DNA of 64,000 bases from a virus. The DNA lies in IMG/VR virus record IMGVR_UViG_3300030098_004409, positions 1 to 64,000 of that record. The stretch is one strand, 5' to 3'. Below, one piece after another: positions 18,760-28,260 of this stretch (position 1 is the first letter of the stretch; each line of letters opens with the position of its first letter). A program made the position numbers and the translations under genes. The notes beneath the pieces were generated by a model that was not told the origin of the DNA, searched no databases, and was given only the letters and a program-made list of their open reading frames with translations.

Positions 18760-20019
18760 GTGTTAGATTTTATTTTTGATCGCAGGAATTTTTTGAGGAT
18801 AGGAAGTATTGGCGCAGGACTAAGCGCTGTTGGTTTGTCTGATTACGCCTTGGCCCAAGACGCTCTGTCGAATCAAGATAAAGCTGTTGTTTGGGTATGG
18901 CTCGGAGGAGGACCAACTCAGTTTGAGACATTTCATGCCCCAAATGATACGGTTCCTACAGAATGGCAACCAATCAACGGAGCAATTCACGACCCCAAAA
19001 CCAATATAACATTGGGTGCTGACTGGACAGGTCTAGCCCAACATACCTCTAAGCTAAACGTAATAAATTCTTTTAGCCACAAAGATTCATCGCACAGACA
19101 AGGTACACACTTCATGATGACTGGGCATTATAACCCAGAAAGAACCACAACGTCTATAGCTAAATACCCATCTTTTGGTTCTATTGTTTCCGCTGTCTAT
19201 GGTGCGAATCACCCCCAAAATGGAGTACCAACTTATGTTAAACAAGGTAAAATTGAAGGTGATGAAGGTGCTTGGCTGGGTGGAGCATTTAAACCATTTG
19301 ATCCGTCCAATAAAGACAATCTCACACCAAGAATTGAAATCGACAGATTCAACAACAGAAAACAACTCTTAGGAGCCATAGGTTCAGCGGCTAAAGATAT
19401 ATCTGGAGCAGGAGCTGAATCAGTTGGATTTTACAAAGGTCAAGCCTACGATGTTATTCTCGGTTCTGCTAAAGATGCATTTGCAACGGATAAAGAAACA
19501 GAACAGATGAAAGCTCTATACGGTTCAGAAAAAGCCAACGATATCGGTGAACAGATGCTGTTAGCTCGTCGTCTTGTCGAGCATGGCACAAAATTTGTTA
19601 CCGTACACTACGGAGGATGGGATATGCACAGTAATATCTCAGACGCATTAAAGAAAAGAGTAGCCCCTGTCGATAAAGCTATTAGCGGATTTCTACAAGA
19701 TGTGTGGGATAAGGGTTTAAATGATAAAGTATTATTAGTGGTTACGGGAGAATTTGGAAGAACCAAGATCAACGCAAACGCCGGTAGAGATCACTGGCCC
19801 GCTATTACGCCAATGATGATGGCTGGTGGAAACTACGATTCAGGTAGGACTATCGGAGCATCAGACAGATCATACAGCCCAGTAGAAAATCCGGTTGGGC
19901 CACTAGATTTACAAGCAACACTATTTAATCATTTCGGGATAAGTAACGAAATTCAGCGTGTTGATAACGGTGGAAGACCAAGATATTTATTGGAAGGTGA
20001 AGCAAAGGTAATACTATAA
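18760..20019 (+). CDS. DUF1501 family protein (Tat signal), paralog 1
   Basis: DRRNFL Tat motif; WLGGGPTQFETF, ARRLVE, GGWDMH, GEFGRT, GRDHWP. Confidence 0.9.
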   Translation: MLDFIFDRRNFLRIGSIGAGLSAVGLSDYALAQDALSNQDKAVVWVWLGGGPTQFETFHAPNDTVPTEWQPINGAIHDPKTNITLGADWTGLAQHTSKLNVINSFSHKDSSHRQGTHFMMTGHYNPERTTTSIAKYPSFGSIVSAVYGANHPQNGVPTYVKQGKIEGDEGAWLGGAFKPFDPSNKDNLTPRIEIDRFNNRKQLLGAIGSAAKDISGAGAESVGFYKGQAYDVILGSAKDAFATDKETEQMKALYGSEKANDIGEQMLLARRLVEHGTKFVTVHYGGWDMHSNISDALKKRVAPVDKAISGFLQDVWDKGLNDKVLLVVTGEFGRTKINANAGRDHWPAITPMMMAGGNYDSGRTIGASDRSYSPVENPVGPLDLQATLFNHFGISNEIQRVDNGGRPRYLLEGEAKVIL

Positions 20020-20561
20020 TGAAAAAAGAAGATTACGCAAAAGACTTAAATCAATTCTGCGCTGAAGGTGGATATACAGAAGATATTACGGAAGACAACT
20101 TTGTAATACCCGCAGAAGCAGACTACGAAGATTTTGGTGAAGATACCGAAGACTGGGATATTGCGGAAGCAAAGCCGGGACTTTGGGAAAACATTAGAAA
20201 GAAAAAGCAGCGAGAAGGTGACGATTACAAGCCCGCTAAACCGGGAGATCCTGATCGACCAGATCCAAAGTCTTGGAAGAAAGCTCAAAAACCTAAAGAT
20301 GACGATAAATCTAAAGGCTCTGAGTATCAAGGCAGAAAAGTAAAACTTAATAAGCCCTTTAGGACTCCTGATGGCCCAAAGAAGTTTTCTGTTTATGTTA
20401 AGAATGAAAAGGGTAATGTAGTCAAGGTTAACTTTGGCGACCCTAACATGGAAATTAAAAAAGACGATCCAGCAAGACGCAGAAGTTTTAGAGCCCGTCA
20501 CAAGTGTGACACTCCCGGCCCTAAGTGGAAAGCAAGATACTGGTCGTGCAAGAAATGGTAA
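20019..20561 (+). CDS. Conserved phage protein (acidic N-terminus, basic C-terminal domain)
   Basis: KVNFGDPNM...RRRSFRARHKC...ARYWSCKKW, a domain I recall from large marine phages. Confidence 0.7.
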   Translation: MKKEDYAKDLNQFCAEGGYTEDITEDNFVIPAEADYEDFGEDTEDWDIAEAKPGLWENIRKKKQREGDDYKPAKPGDPDRPDPKSWKKAQKPKDDDKSKGSEYQGRKVKLNKPFRTPDGPKKFSVYVKNEKGNVVKVNFGDPNMEIKKDDPARRRSFRARHKCDTPGPKWKARYWSCKKW

Positions 20562-20570
20562 GAGGAAATT

Positions 20571-21878
20571 ATGAATTGCAAAGGAAATAATATTGGTCGC
20601 AGATCTTTTCTGCATGTCGGCTTTTTGGGTGGCTTGGGTTTAACTTTATCGGATTACTTCCGAATGAAGACGGCGCAGGCTGACCAAAAATTCTACGAAA
20701 GCATAGAAGGCCCAGCTAAAAGTGTTATATTTATTTATCTTCCGGGAGGTATGGCTCATCAGGAAACTTTTGATCCCAAACCTTTCGCTCCTCTGGAATA
20801 CAGAGGGCCGATGTCTAGCATTGAAACGGTAGTTCCCGGAACTAGATTAAATGAAATGATGGCTAAAACAGCTAAAGTTACCGACAAGATGACTATTATT
20901 CGCAGTATGACACATGGAGAAGCAGCTCATGAACGAGGCACACACAATATGTTTACTGGCTATAGACCTAGCCCAGCCCTTCAATATCCATCAATGGGAT
21001 CAGTGGTTGCGCATGAGTTTGGGCCTCGTCAAAACCTTCCTCCATATGTCTGCATCCCAAACCAACCAAACGAATTTGCAGGTACTGGATATTTAAGTAG
21101 CTCGTTTTCGGGTTTTAGTTTGGGTGCTGACCCAGCAAGCTCTGGCTTTCAAGTACGAGACCTAAAACTTCCAGCAGGAGTGAATGATGGAAGATTTGGT
21201 ACTAGAAGAAAGATGCTTTCTGCGGTAAATGATTACTTTGCAAATAAAGAAAAGTCAGACTCTTTGGATGCTGTAGATTCGTTCTATGATAGAGCTTATA
21301 GTTTAATCAGTAGCGAAAAAGCTCGTGATGCATTTGACATTAATAAAGAGAGCGATGCTATGCGAGATAAATATGGTAGAAATACTGCTGGAGCTCGTAT
21401 GCTTTTGGCTCGTCGTTTAGTTGAAGCTGGAACCCGTTTCGTCACACTAACTTATGGCGGCTGGGATATGCATGACAATATAGAAAGTGGTATTCGTGGA
21501 CAAGTGCCTGCATTGGATCAAGGGCTTGCGGCTCTTATTGAAGACCTCAGTGACAGAGGACTGCTTGATTCTACTCTAGTATGTCTAGCATCTGAGTTTG
21601 GAAGAACACCGAAGATTAACGCTACCGCTGGGCGTGACCACTGGCCAAAAGTTTTCAGTGTAGTTATGGCTGGTGGAGGAATCAAAAACGGCATGGTCTA
21701 TGGTACTTCTAATGCAACTGCAAGTGAGCCAGACGAAAATGCCATGACGGTAGAGGACTGGGCTGCGACAATCTATAATCGAATTGGTATTGTTTCCGAC
21801 AAAGAGCTTATGGCTCCCGGCGACCGTCCCATTGAGATTGTTGACGGCGGAGAAGTTAGACAAGAATTAATAGTATAG
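20571..21878 (+). CDS. DUF1501 family protein (Tat signal), paralog 2
   Basis: GRRSFL; GGMAHQETFDPKP, ARRLVEAG, GWDMH, SEFGRTP, GRDHWP. Confidence 0.93.
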   Translation: MNCKGNNIGRRSFLHVGFLGGLGLTLSDYFRMKTAQADQKFYESIEGPAKSVIFIYLPGGMAHQETFDPKPFAPLEYRGPMSSIETVVPGTRLNEMMAKTAKVTDKMTIIRSMTHGEAAHERGTHNMFTGYRPSPALQYPSMGSVVAHEFGPRQNLPPYVCIPNQPNEFAGTGYLSSSFSGFSLGADPASSGFQVRDLKLPAGVNDGRFGTRRKMLSAVNDYFANKEKSDSLDAVDSFYDRAYSLISSEKARDAFDINKESDAMRDKYGRNTAGARMLLARRLVEAGTRFVTLTYGGWDMHDNIESGIRGQVPALDQGLAALIEDLSDRGLLDSTLVCLASEFGRTPKINATAGRDHWPKVFSVVMAGGGIKNGMVYGTSNATASEPDENAMTVEDWAATIYNRIGIVSDKELMAPGDRPIEIVDGGEVRQELIV

Positions 21879-21888
21879 GGAGAATTAA

Positions 21889-22107
21889 ATGCCTTTACCA
21901 AAAAGAAATAAAGATGAAGATGCTAAAAATTTTGTAAATCGCTGCATGTCTAGCGACGTAATGAAAGAAGAGTATCCAAGTCACCAGCAGAGGGTTGCTG
22001 TGTGCATTAGTCAATCACGAGCCGCTTCTACCGCAGAAGGCTTAGCCGCTGCTAGTGAAGAGCTTATTTATGAAAATATCAAAAAGGAGACACGAGATGA
22101 AGTTTAA
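21889..22107 (+). CDS. Conserved small phage protein
   Basis: MPLP...FVNRCM...EYP...QRVAVC motif; GGGAG SD. Confidence 0.7.
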   Translation: MPLPKRNKDEDAKNFVNRCMSSDVMKEEYPSHQQRVAVCISQSRAASTAEGLAAASEELIYENIKKETRDEV

Positions 22108-22291
22108 AATACCGCTGATAGCAATTATTATAGTTGCGGCAATATGTTTCATTAACAAAGAGGAGATAAAAGATATGTTTAACAGCGATCAACCAGCAGT
22201 TTGTAAAGTTTGTGTAGATGAGTGTCCATGTCTAGAAACAAGTTGCATTTGTGATGTTAATATCTGCAAATGTGAAAAGTGCGTTAGTTAA
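22097..22291 (+). CDS. Small membrane-anchored or exported Cys-rich protein
   Basis: Hydrophobic N-terminus; 9 Cys in CKVCVDECPCLETSCICDVNICKCEKC; AGGAG SD. Confidence 0.7.
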   Translation: MKFKIPLIAIIIVAAICFINKEEIKDMFNSDQPAVCKVCVDECPCLETSCICDVNICKCEKCVS

Positions 22292-22308
22292 AAAATTAGA
22301 GGTGTATT

Positions 22309-23592
22309 ATGCTTAATTTATCACGTAGAAGTTTTTTGTCCGTAGGTGGTCTCGGTCTTCTTTCTATGCCACAAGTGTTGCGTGCCCAAGAGGAAAGCGG
22401 AACGTCTCATAAGGCTGTTATCAATATATTTCTTGGCGGTGGCCCACCGCACCAAGACATGTGGGATATAAAGACTGAAGCTCCATCGGAAATCCGTGGC
22501 CCATTTAAACCGATCTCGACCAACGTGGCGGGAGTATACATCGGAGAGTGTTTTCCACAAATTGCGTCTATGTTTGATAAATTTACTGCGGTTCGTTCTG
22601 TAGTTGGATCAGATGGCGCTCATGATGGATACCAGTGTGTTACCGGATGGAGCCGGAAAGATATGGTTTCTGGAGTCAACTACCCTGCTATTGGAGCGTG
22701 CGCTTCTAAAATTTTGGGGTCTGTTGATCCTGCCGTACCAGTTGCGGTAGGATTGGCAGAACCTACACAGCACAACCCTTGGTCAGAAGCTGGAGGTGCT
22801 GGCTACCTTGGAGATACACATAAACCATTTAAGCCAAACGGTGAAATGATGAAAGACCTAAAACTCAACATGCAAGTTGAGAGGTTTAAGAATAGAAAAG
22901 ATTTGTTAACAGGATTTGCAGAACTAAATAAAACTATAGACAAAGCTGTTAACGTAGACACCTTCACTGAAGAAGCCTTTGGTGTTTTAGCATCAAGCTC
23001 TCTAGTAGACGCTTTAGACTTGTCAAAGGAAGATCCAAAGATTAGAGAAATGTATGGAGATGGCAAGCCATTCAAATTCCAATACGACGGAGCGCCCACA
23101 GTCAATGAGCATGTGCTTATGGCTCGTCGCTTGGTGTCTGCTGGGGCACGCTCTGTCACACTGTCTTATGGAAGATGGGACAGTCATGGCTCTAACTTCG
23201 ATTTGGTCAGAGATCACGGAGCTAAACTTGACCAATGCGTGTCAGCACTTGTTCGAGACCTTGACCAACGTGGCATGCTTGATGACACACTTGTTGTAGT
23301 GTGGGGAGAATTTGGCAGAACACCTAAGATTAACCCAAAGGGTGGTCGTGACCACTGGCCTCAAGTGTCATGCGCTTTGCTCGCTGGCGGAGGATTTAGT
23401 CACGGCCAAACTATTGGAGAAACAAACAGACTTGGTGAGACTCCTGAATCTAGACCAGTACATATTCAAGAAATATGTGCTACAATGTATAGAGGTTTAG
23501 GTATTGATACAATGTCCACGACTTTACTAGACAACACTGGAAGACCTCAATATCTTCTAGATCACAGAGAACCACTTAAGGAGTTAATATAA
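22309..23592 (+). CDS. DUF1501 family protein (Tat signal), paralog 3
   Basis: SRRSFL; GGGPPHQDMWD, ARRLV, WDSH, GEFGRTP, GRDHWP. Confidence 0.93.
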   Translation: MLNLSRRSFLSVGGLGLLSMPQVLRAQEESGTSHKAVINIFLGGGPPHQDMWDIKTEAPSEIRGPFKPISTNVAGVYIGECFPQIASMFDKFTAVRSVVGSDGAHDGYQCVTGWSRKDMVSGVNYPAIGACASKILGSVDPAVPVAVGLAEPTQHNPWSEAGGAGYLGDTHKPFKPNGEMMKDLKLNMQVERFKNRKDLLTGFAELNKTIDKAVNVDTFTEEAFGVLASSSLVDALDLSKEDPKIREMYGDGKPFKFQYDGAPTVNEHVLMARRLVSAGARSVTLSYGRWDSHGSNFDLVRDHGAKLDQCVSALVRDLDQRGMLDDTLVVVWGEFGRTPKINPKGGRDHWPQVSCALLAGGGFSHGQTIGETNRLGETPESRPVHIQEICATMYRGLGIDTMSTTLLDNTGRPQYLLDHREPLKELI

Positions 23593-23984
23593 TGAAATAT
23601 TTAGCGTCACTATTATGTTTACTGTTTGTGCCTTTATCTGCAAGTGCGGATCAGCCAGAGCGCAAGGTTATTAAGCCACCGCAAGTTGTTAGAAGTCAGC
23701 CTAGAAATTTTACAAGACCCCCTACGGCAAGACCTACAATTCCCGGAAAGCAACAGTGGCAGAAACCTCAGCCTCAGCCTCAGCCTCAGCAGCCAAGAGT
23801 TGAGACTAAACATAGCTTTGGTTTTTACAATTACTACAGACCTGTAAATCCACATTTTAGATACTATAGAGTTCCCTCTTATTATCCGCCTGTGATTATT
23901 CAACCACCTGTGGTTATCCAGCCTCAACCAATGCCAGTTTATCCGGGCCCATTTCATGGGTTCTTTTTTCAGTTCAGGTGGTAA
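23592..23984 (+). CDS. Secreted Pro/Gln/Tyr-rich low-complexity protein
   Basis: Sec signal ending ASA; PQPQPQPQQP; PPVIIQPPVVIQP; aromatic C-terminus GFFFQFRW. Confidence 0.7.
   Translation: MKYLASLLCLLFVPLSASADQPERKVIKPPQVVRSQPRNFTRPPTARPTIPGKQQWQKPQPQPQPQQPRVETKHSFGFYNYYRPVNPHFRYYRVPSYYPPVIIQPPVVIQPQPMPVYPGPFHGFFFQFRW
23766..23789 (+). repeat. (CCTCAG)x4 coding microsatellite
   Basis: Seen directly; encodes PQPQPQPQ. Confidence 0.9.
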
Positions 23985-23985
23985 T

Positions 23986-25200
23986 ATGGAAAGACGTAAT
24001 TTTTTAGCTTCTGTAGCGAGCGTATTGTCGCTAGCGGAAACTGTACAGGCAAACCAAGATCAGCTAAAGAAAAACGGCAAATCCGCTATTCTGTTATGGA
24101 TGGGCGGTGGCCCTTCTACAATGGATATCTGGGATCTTAAATCGGGCGCTCCTACAGGTGGCCCGTTTCGCCCAATCGCAACTAGTGGGGATGTTCAAAT
24201 TAGCGAACACATGCCATTGATGGCCAAGCAAATGCATCACGCCGCTATTGTTAGGAGTATGAGCACTCGTGAAGCAGATCATATGCGAGGTCGTTATTAT
24301 ATGCATACTGGGTATGTTCCCAACCCTAACATTGACCATCCTAGCTATGGTTCTGTCCTATCTCATCAACTAAGACGAAAAGATTTGGCAATTCCCCAGT
24401 TTATTTCTGTGGGTGGCGGTAGTATGGGAGCAGGTTTTCTAGGAGCTAAGTACAATCCTTTTGTTGTAAACAGCGATGGTAGGATCAGAAATCTAGATAT
24501 GAAAGTAGATCAGAGATTCTACCAAAGGGCATACGCTCTAGATGCTATAGAGAATGAATTTATAAATCAAAGACGAGGACAACTAGCAAAAGACCATCGA
24601 GCTATACTTAAAGAAGCATTTAATGTCTTGACAAGCGCACAGATGGACGCACTTAAGGTTGCTAGTGAGCCGGAGAACGTAAAGGAAAGATACGGGGACA
24701 ATAGCTTTGGCAAAGGGTGTCTAATGGCTAGACGCTTGGTGGAAGCTGGCGTGCCTTTTATTGAAGTTAATCTAGGTGGCTGGGATAACCATCAAAATAT
24801 CTTCCCAACTCTAAGAGATACGAAATTGCCCATGCTAGATCAAGGCATGAGCGCGCTGTATGAAGATTTAGAACAGCGTGGGTTATTACAAGACACAGCG
24901 ATTATTTGGATGGGCGAGTTCAGTAGAACTCCCCGTATCAATGGTAATGCCGGTCGTGACCACTGGGCACGAAGCTGGAGTGTTATTGTTGGTGGAGCTG
25001 GAATGAATGGCGGCATAGCCATTGGCGAAACAAACTCAGATGGTACTCGTGTTGAAACCGAACCATACACCTCACAGGATGTTATGGCCTCCGTTTGTAA
25101 AGCACTGAGCATTTCTTTGGGGACTACGTTTACTAGCAGCAGTGGTAGACCTATGAAAATCGCTAACTCCGGCAAGGTTATAACCGAACTGTTTGGTTAG
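23986..25200 (+). CDS. DUF1501 family protein (Tat signal), paralog 4
   Basis: MERRNFL at ATG 23986; GGGPSTMDIWD, ARRLVEAG, GWDNH, GEFSRTP, GRDHW. Confidence 0.93.
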   Translation: MERRNFLASVASVLSLAETVQANQDQLKKNGKSAILLWMGGGPSTMDIWDLKSGAPTGGPFRPIATSGDVQISEHMPLMAKQMHHAAIVRSMSTREADHMRGRYYMHTGYVPNPNIDHPSYGSVLSHQLRRKDLAIPQFISVGGGSMGAGFLGAKYNPFVVNSDGRIRNLDMKVDQRFYQRAYALDAIENEFINQRRGQLAKDHRAILKEAFNVLTSAQMDALKVASEPENVKERYGDNSFGKGCLMARRLVEAGVPFIEVNLGGWDNHQNIFPTLRDTKLPMLDQGMSALYEDLEQRGLLQDTAIIWMGEFSRTPRINGNAGRDHWARSWSVIVGGAGMNGGIAIGETNSDGTRVETEPYTSQDVMASVCKALSISLGTTFTSSSGRPMKIANSGKVITELFG

Positions 25201-25204
25201 TATT

Positions 25205-25501
25205 ATGAAATTCTTCAAGAACGCAGTTTATGTGCTATTTTCACTATCTTTACTGAATTTAGCGGGTTCTTTCTATATGTATAGACATATAATGAGTAAG
25301 AGTAATGTAGTGGAGGTAAAGATTCCTGTGTTAAAAGACCTCGAAGAACTACCTTTCCACTCGAGAGTTAGAGACACGCAGATATTAAAAGCAATTCTTA
25401 TGACTCATCACCAGCTCGGGATACATAAGCCCGGCTCTCAGCCGATGTGCCCAATGTGTCAAGATTCAGAAATTAAAACTATAACAGTAGAGAATGATTA
25501 A
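25205..25501 (+). CDS. Membrane-anchored hypothetical protein
   Basis: N-terminal TM helix; C-terminal HH...H...CPMC. Confidence 0.65.
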   Translation: MKFFKNAVYVLFSLSLLNLAGSFYMYRHIMSKSNVVEVKIPVLKDLEELPFHSRVRDTQILKAILMTHHQLGIHKPGSQPMCPMCQDSEIKTITVEND

Positions 25502-26199
25502 TGGCAAGACAACCCAAAAAGAAGCCGACAACTAGACAACGCCGCAAAATCCTTCGCCCTAAAACTAGAAATCAAGAAAACTATATGGGGCAAATCAACA
25601 AGTCCGATGTTACGTTTTGCTCTGGGCCTGCTGGTTCAGGGAAGACTAGCGTCTCTGTAGGCATGGCCTGCGAGTACTTGATTGAAAAGAAGGTGGATAA
25701 GATTATTATTACTAGACCAGTCGTCGAATCTGGAAGAGGCTTAGGCCACCTTCCGGGGACGTTGGTTGAAAAGATAAACCCATATTTAATACCTATACTA
25801 GAAGAGATGAATCAGTATCTAACAAAAAGCACTGTTGAGATGTATAGAAATAGAAATATTATTGAGTTATGTCCCTTAGAATATATGAGGGGGCGAAACT
25901 TTCATAATTGTTTCATGATCCTTGATGAAGCACAGAACGCTACGTTCGAGCAGATTAAAATGTTTATCACAAGAATTGGCAAAGACTCAAAGGCGGTGAT
26001 AAATGGAGACTTAAGACAGTCCGACTTAGGCAAGCAACAAGGAGGCTTGCACACATGTATGGAAAAATTAGTTGATGTCTCCGGTGTAGGAGTTTGCGAG
26101 CTTGACTATAGCGATATTGTGAGAAGCGATATTGTGTCCAAAATTCTCATAAGATTAAACAAGAAAGAAGACAATAATGAGCCAGTCAAATATTTTTAG
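25501..26199 (+). CDS. phoH: PhoH family ATPase
   Basis: GPAGSGKT, ITRPVVE, LGHLPG, YMRGRNF, ILDEAQN, GDLRQSD. Confidence 0.95.
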   Translation: MARQPKKKPTTRQRRKILRPKTRNQENYMGQINKSDVTFCSGPAGSGKTSVSVGMACEYLIEKKVDKIIITRPVVESGRGLGHLPGTLVEKINPYLIPILEEMNQYLTKSTVEMYRNRNIIELCPLEYMRGRNFHNCFMILDEAQNATFEQIKMFITRIGKDSKAVINGDLRQSDLGKQQGGLHTCMEKLVDVSGVGVCELDYSDIVRSDIVSKILIRLNKKEDNNEPVKYF

Positions 26200-26494
26200 A
26201 GGAGTGTTTCTAGCTGCTATTTTACTTATAGGAGCTAGAACTGAATATAATAGCTATCAATTAGATAAAAGACTCAATTTTCTAGAAGAAGGTGTGCTAT
26301 ATAACCAACAAATACAAACTGATACATCTATGAAGCTTGAAACATTTCTTCAAGCTATTTCCAGTGAACTCCCAATAGAAGTCGAAGCTTATGCTACTGA
26401 GGCCGCAGAGAGAGTAGCTAGAGAAACAACTATAAGCACACTGAAACAATTCTCAGAAAATTTAAAGAAAATAGATGTCAAACTCGATAAGTAA
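26177..26494 (+). CDS. Membrane-anchored hypothetical protein
   Basis: N-terminal hydrophobic helix, helical remainder. Confidence 0.65.
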   Translation: MSQSNIFRGVFLAAILLIGARTEYNSYQLDKRLNFLEEGVLYNQQIQTDTSMKLETFLQAISSELPIEVEAYATEAAERVARETTISTLKQFSENLKKIDVKLDK

Positions 26495-26503
26495 TTCTAT
26501 AAT
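26475..26503 (+). promoter_or_regulatory. Putative sigma70-type promoter
   Basis: ATGTCA-17-TATAAT upstream of the FmdB-like gene. Confidence 0.5.
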
Positions 26504-26530
26504 ATCATAGATTATTTATAGGAGTTATAC

Positions 26531-26872
26531 ATGCCAACTTATGATTATGAGTGCAGTGAGTGCGGATATTACGAAGAGGTATTCCAGAAGTTTTCTGAAA
26601 AGCCTTTCGTGAGATGTCCGCAGTGTAAAAAGCATAAGTTCAGAAGAGTTATTCTAAATGCCCCTCATATTTCAGTGAAGGGCGAGCCAACGACAATTCA
26701 ACACTTAGCTGATCGTAATACTCAAAAACTAGGCAGATATGAACTGCAAGCAAAAGAGCAAGCGGATAACATAGATAAAGTGCGCAAGGATGCTGACGCT
26801 AATGATCGCAGAAGAAAGATCAACAAGATGACCGCTGCACAAAAGAAGAATTACATAGAAAAGGGTGAATAA
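26531..26872 (+). CDS. FmdB-family zinc-ribbon protein
   Basis: MPTYDYECSECG...CPQC. Confidence 0.85.
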   Translation: MPTYDYECSECGYYEEVFQKFSEKPFVRCPQCKKHKFRRVILNAPHISVKGEPTTIQHLADRNTQKLGRYELQAKEQADNIDKVRKDADANDRRRKINKMTAAQKKNYIEKGE

Positions 26873-27096
26873 TGTCAGAGTTAAAAAGATCAGACACTCC
26901 GCACACAGCCATAGTAAAAATATCAATTAGCGTACATAAACAATTAAAAGACGGTAGTATTGATCCTACTCCAGTATCCACATCAGATCTTAATAAGTGC
27001 GGTATTGCTCCGTTTGCAGATCTAAGGATTGATGGTTTTGATAAGGTTTCATGTATAAAAAATACACTTAAAAGATTGGAGAAACTAAATGGCTAG
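26872..27096 (+). CDS. Hypothetical protein
   Basis: TAATG coupling. Confidence 0.65.
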   Translation: MSELKRSDTPHTAIVKISISVHKQLKDGSIDPTPVSTSDLNKCGIAPFADLRIDGFDKVSCIKNTLKRLEKLNG

Positions 27097-27424
27097 ATGG
27101 GAAAATGAAGGCTTAGGAGGCCTTGACCTTCCAGAACCCGATAACAAGGTTTTAACTTACTACGGGTTAGGGGCAGAAGAATCAGCATCCAACGACGCCT
27201 TCGTAAAAGTCGTTGATAATAACGGATATAAAACGTACTACATCAAGTTTGGTAGAGGTGAATTACTTGATCCTCTAGGTGCGGATAAAGGTAAGCACAA
27301 CCGCCCTTACTTTGATTATAAAAAAGTAACCCAAAAAGTTTACGATTACTATATCGAATACTTAGAAAATAGAGAACGTATCTTTTTGACTAGAGCTAGA
27401 AGAGCATTAATGGAGATAAACTAA
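27089..27424 (+). CDS. Hypothetical protein
   Basis: Overlapping operon ORF. Confidence 0.7.
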   Translation: MARWENEGLGGLDLPEPDNKVLTYYGLGAEESASNDAFVKVVDNNGYKTYYIKFGRGELLDPLGADKGKHNRPYFDYKKVTQKVYDYYIEYLENRERIFLTRARRALMEIN

Positions 27425-27747
27425 TGACAAAAAAAGGACCACTCTCTAAGAAAGAGAAAGCGTACATTGAAGAAAACAAGACCCTTCCTATACAAGAATT
27501 GTCTGAGGAGCTTGACAGATCAGAAGCTTCCATCAACAAGCATATTGCTACACTAAAAGACGATGACAAGCCACAGACTATCACTGGTCAGCAATTCGCT
27601 AGAAACGAAAAGTATGGCGCTACAATCATGACCGAGAACGCTTCAATGGCTGGCGATGCAACCAAAGGTCAGCGAATACCAGAAGAAACAGAGGTCAATG
27701 TAGCCAGAAGACATCGGGGATCTATCCACAAGATTAAAGGAGACTAG
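27424..27747 (+). CDS. Hypothetical protein with possible N-terminal HTH
   Basis: LSKKEKAYIEEN...IQELSEELDRSEASI. Confidence 0.65.
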   Translation: MTKKGPLSKKEKAYIEENKTLPIQELSEELDRSEASINKHIATLKDDDKPQTITGQQFARNEKYGATIMTENASMAGDATKGQRIPEETEVNVARRHRGSIHKIKGD

Positions 27748-27750
27748 TCG

Positions 27751-28260
27751 ATGATTTGTACTGTCAGAGATGATCATATCCGCAAGTTGATAATGGAAGA
27801 CATTTCCATGACTTGGAAGTGTACTTTAGATGATGGCACAGTTGTTTGGGGCGACTACGAGAGACCGGGACTAGAGATCAGCCCTTGGGTGCGTTTACAG
27901 GAACATTGCAGTAAAAATGGTAGACATATATGTAAAGCTCAGGTCATAGTGATGGGCGCGCCAGAAGAGGTCGTATTTGAGAATGAGGACGGTCTTGATG
28001 GATTCTTTATTGCTAGAGGTTTTTCTAGAGATATTGATATGCAGACAGGAGAAGGGCCGACCTTTCAGCACATGACCTTCGGTTTACTAGAAGACAATTT
28101 AAAGTTTGTAGATATTAAAAAATATAGCTGGCCAGAATGTCAATTTGAAGAGTTCTCACAAAGAAGGCAAGCTACACAAGAAAACCTTTCTTTTATGATA
28201 TGGCGTAATGGCGAAACAAAGAAGTCAAGCGAGCAGGTTCAAGTCACCCTCAACGGGTGA
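27751..28260 (+). CDS. Hypothetical protein
   Basis: AGGAG SD; operon context. Confidence 0.7.
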   Translation: MICTVRDDHIRKLIMEDISMTWKCTLDDGTVVWGDYERPGLEISPWVRLQEHCSKNGRHICKAQVIVMGAPEEVVFENEDGLDGFFIARGFSRDIDMQTGEGPTFQHMTFGLLEDNLKFVDIKKYSWPECQFEEFSQRRQATQENLSFMIWRNGETKKSSEQVQVTLNG

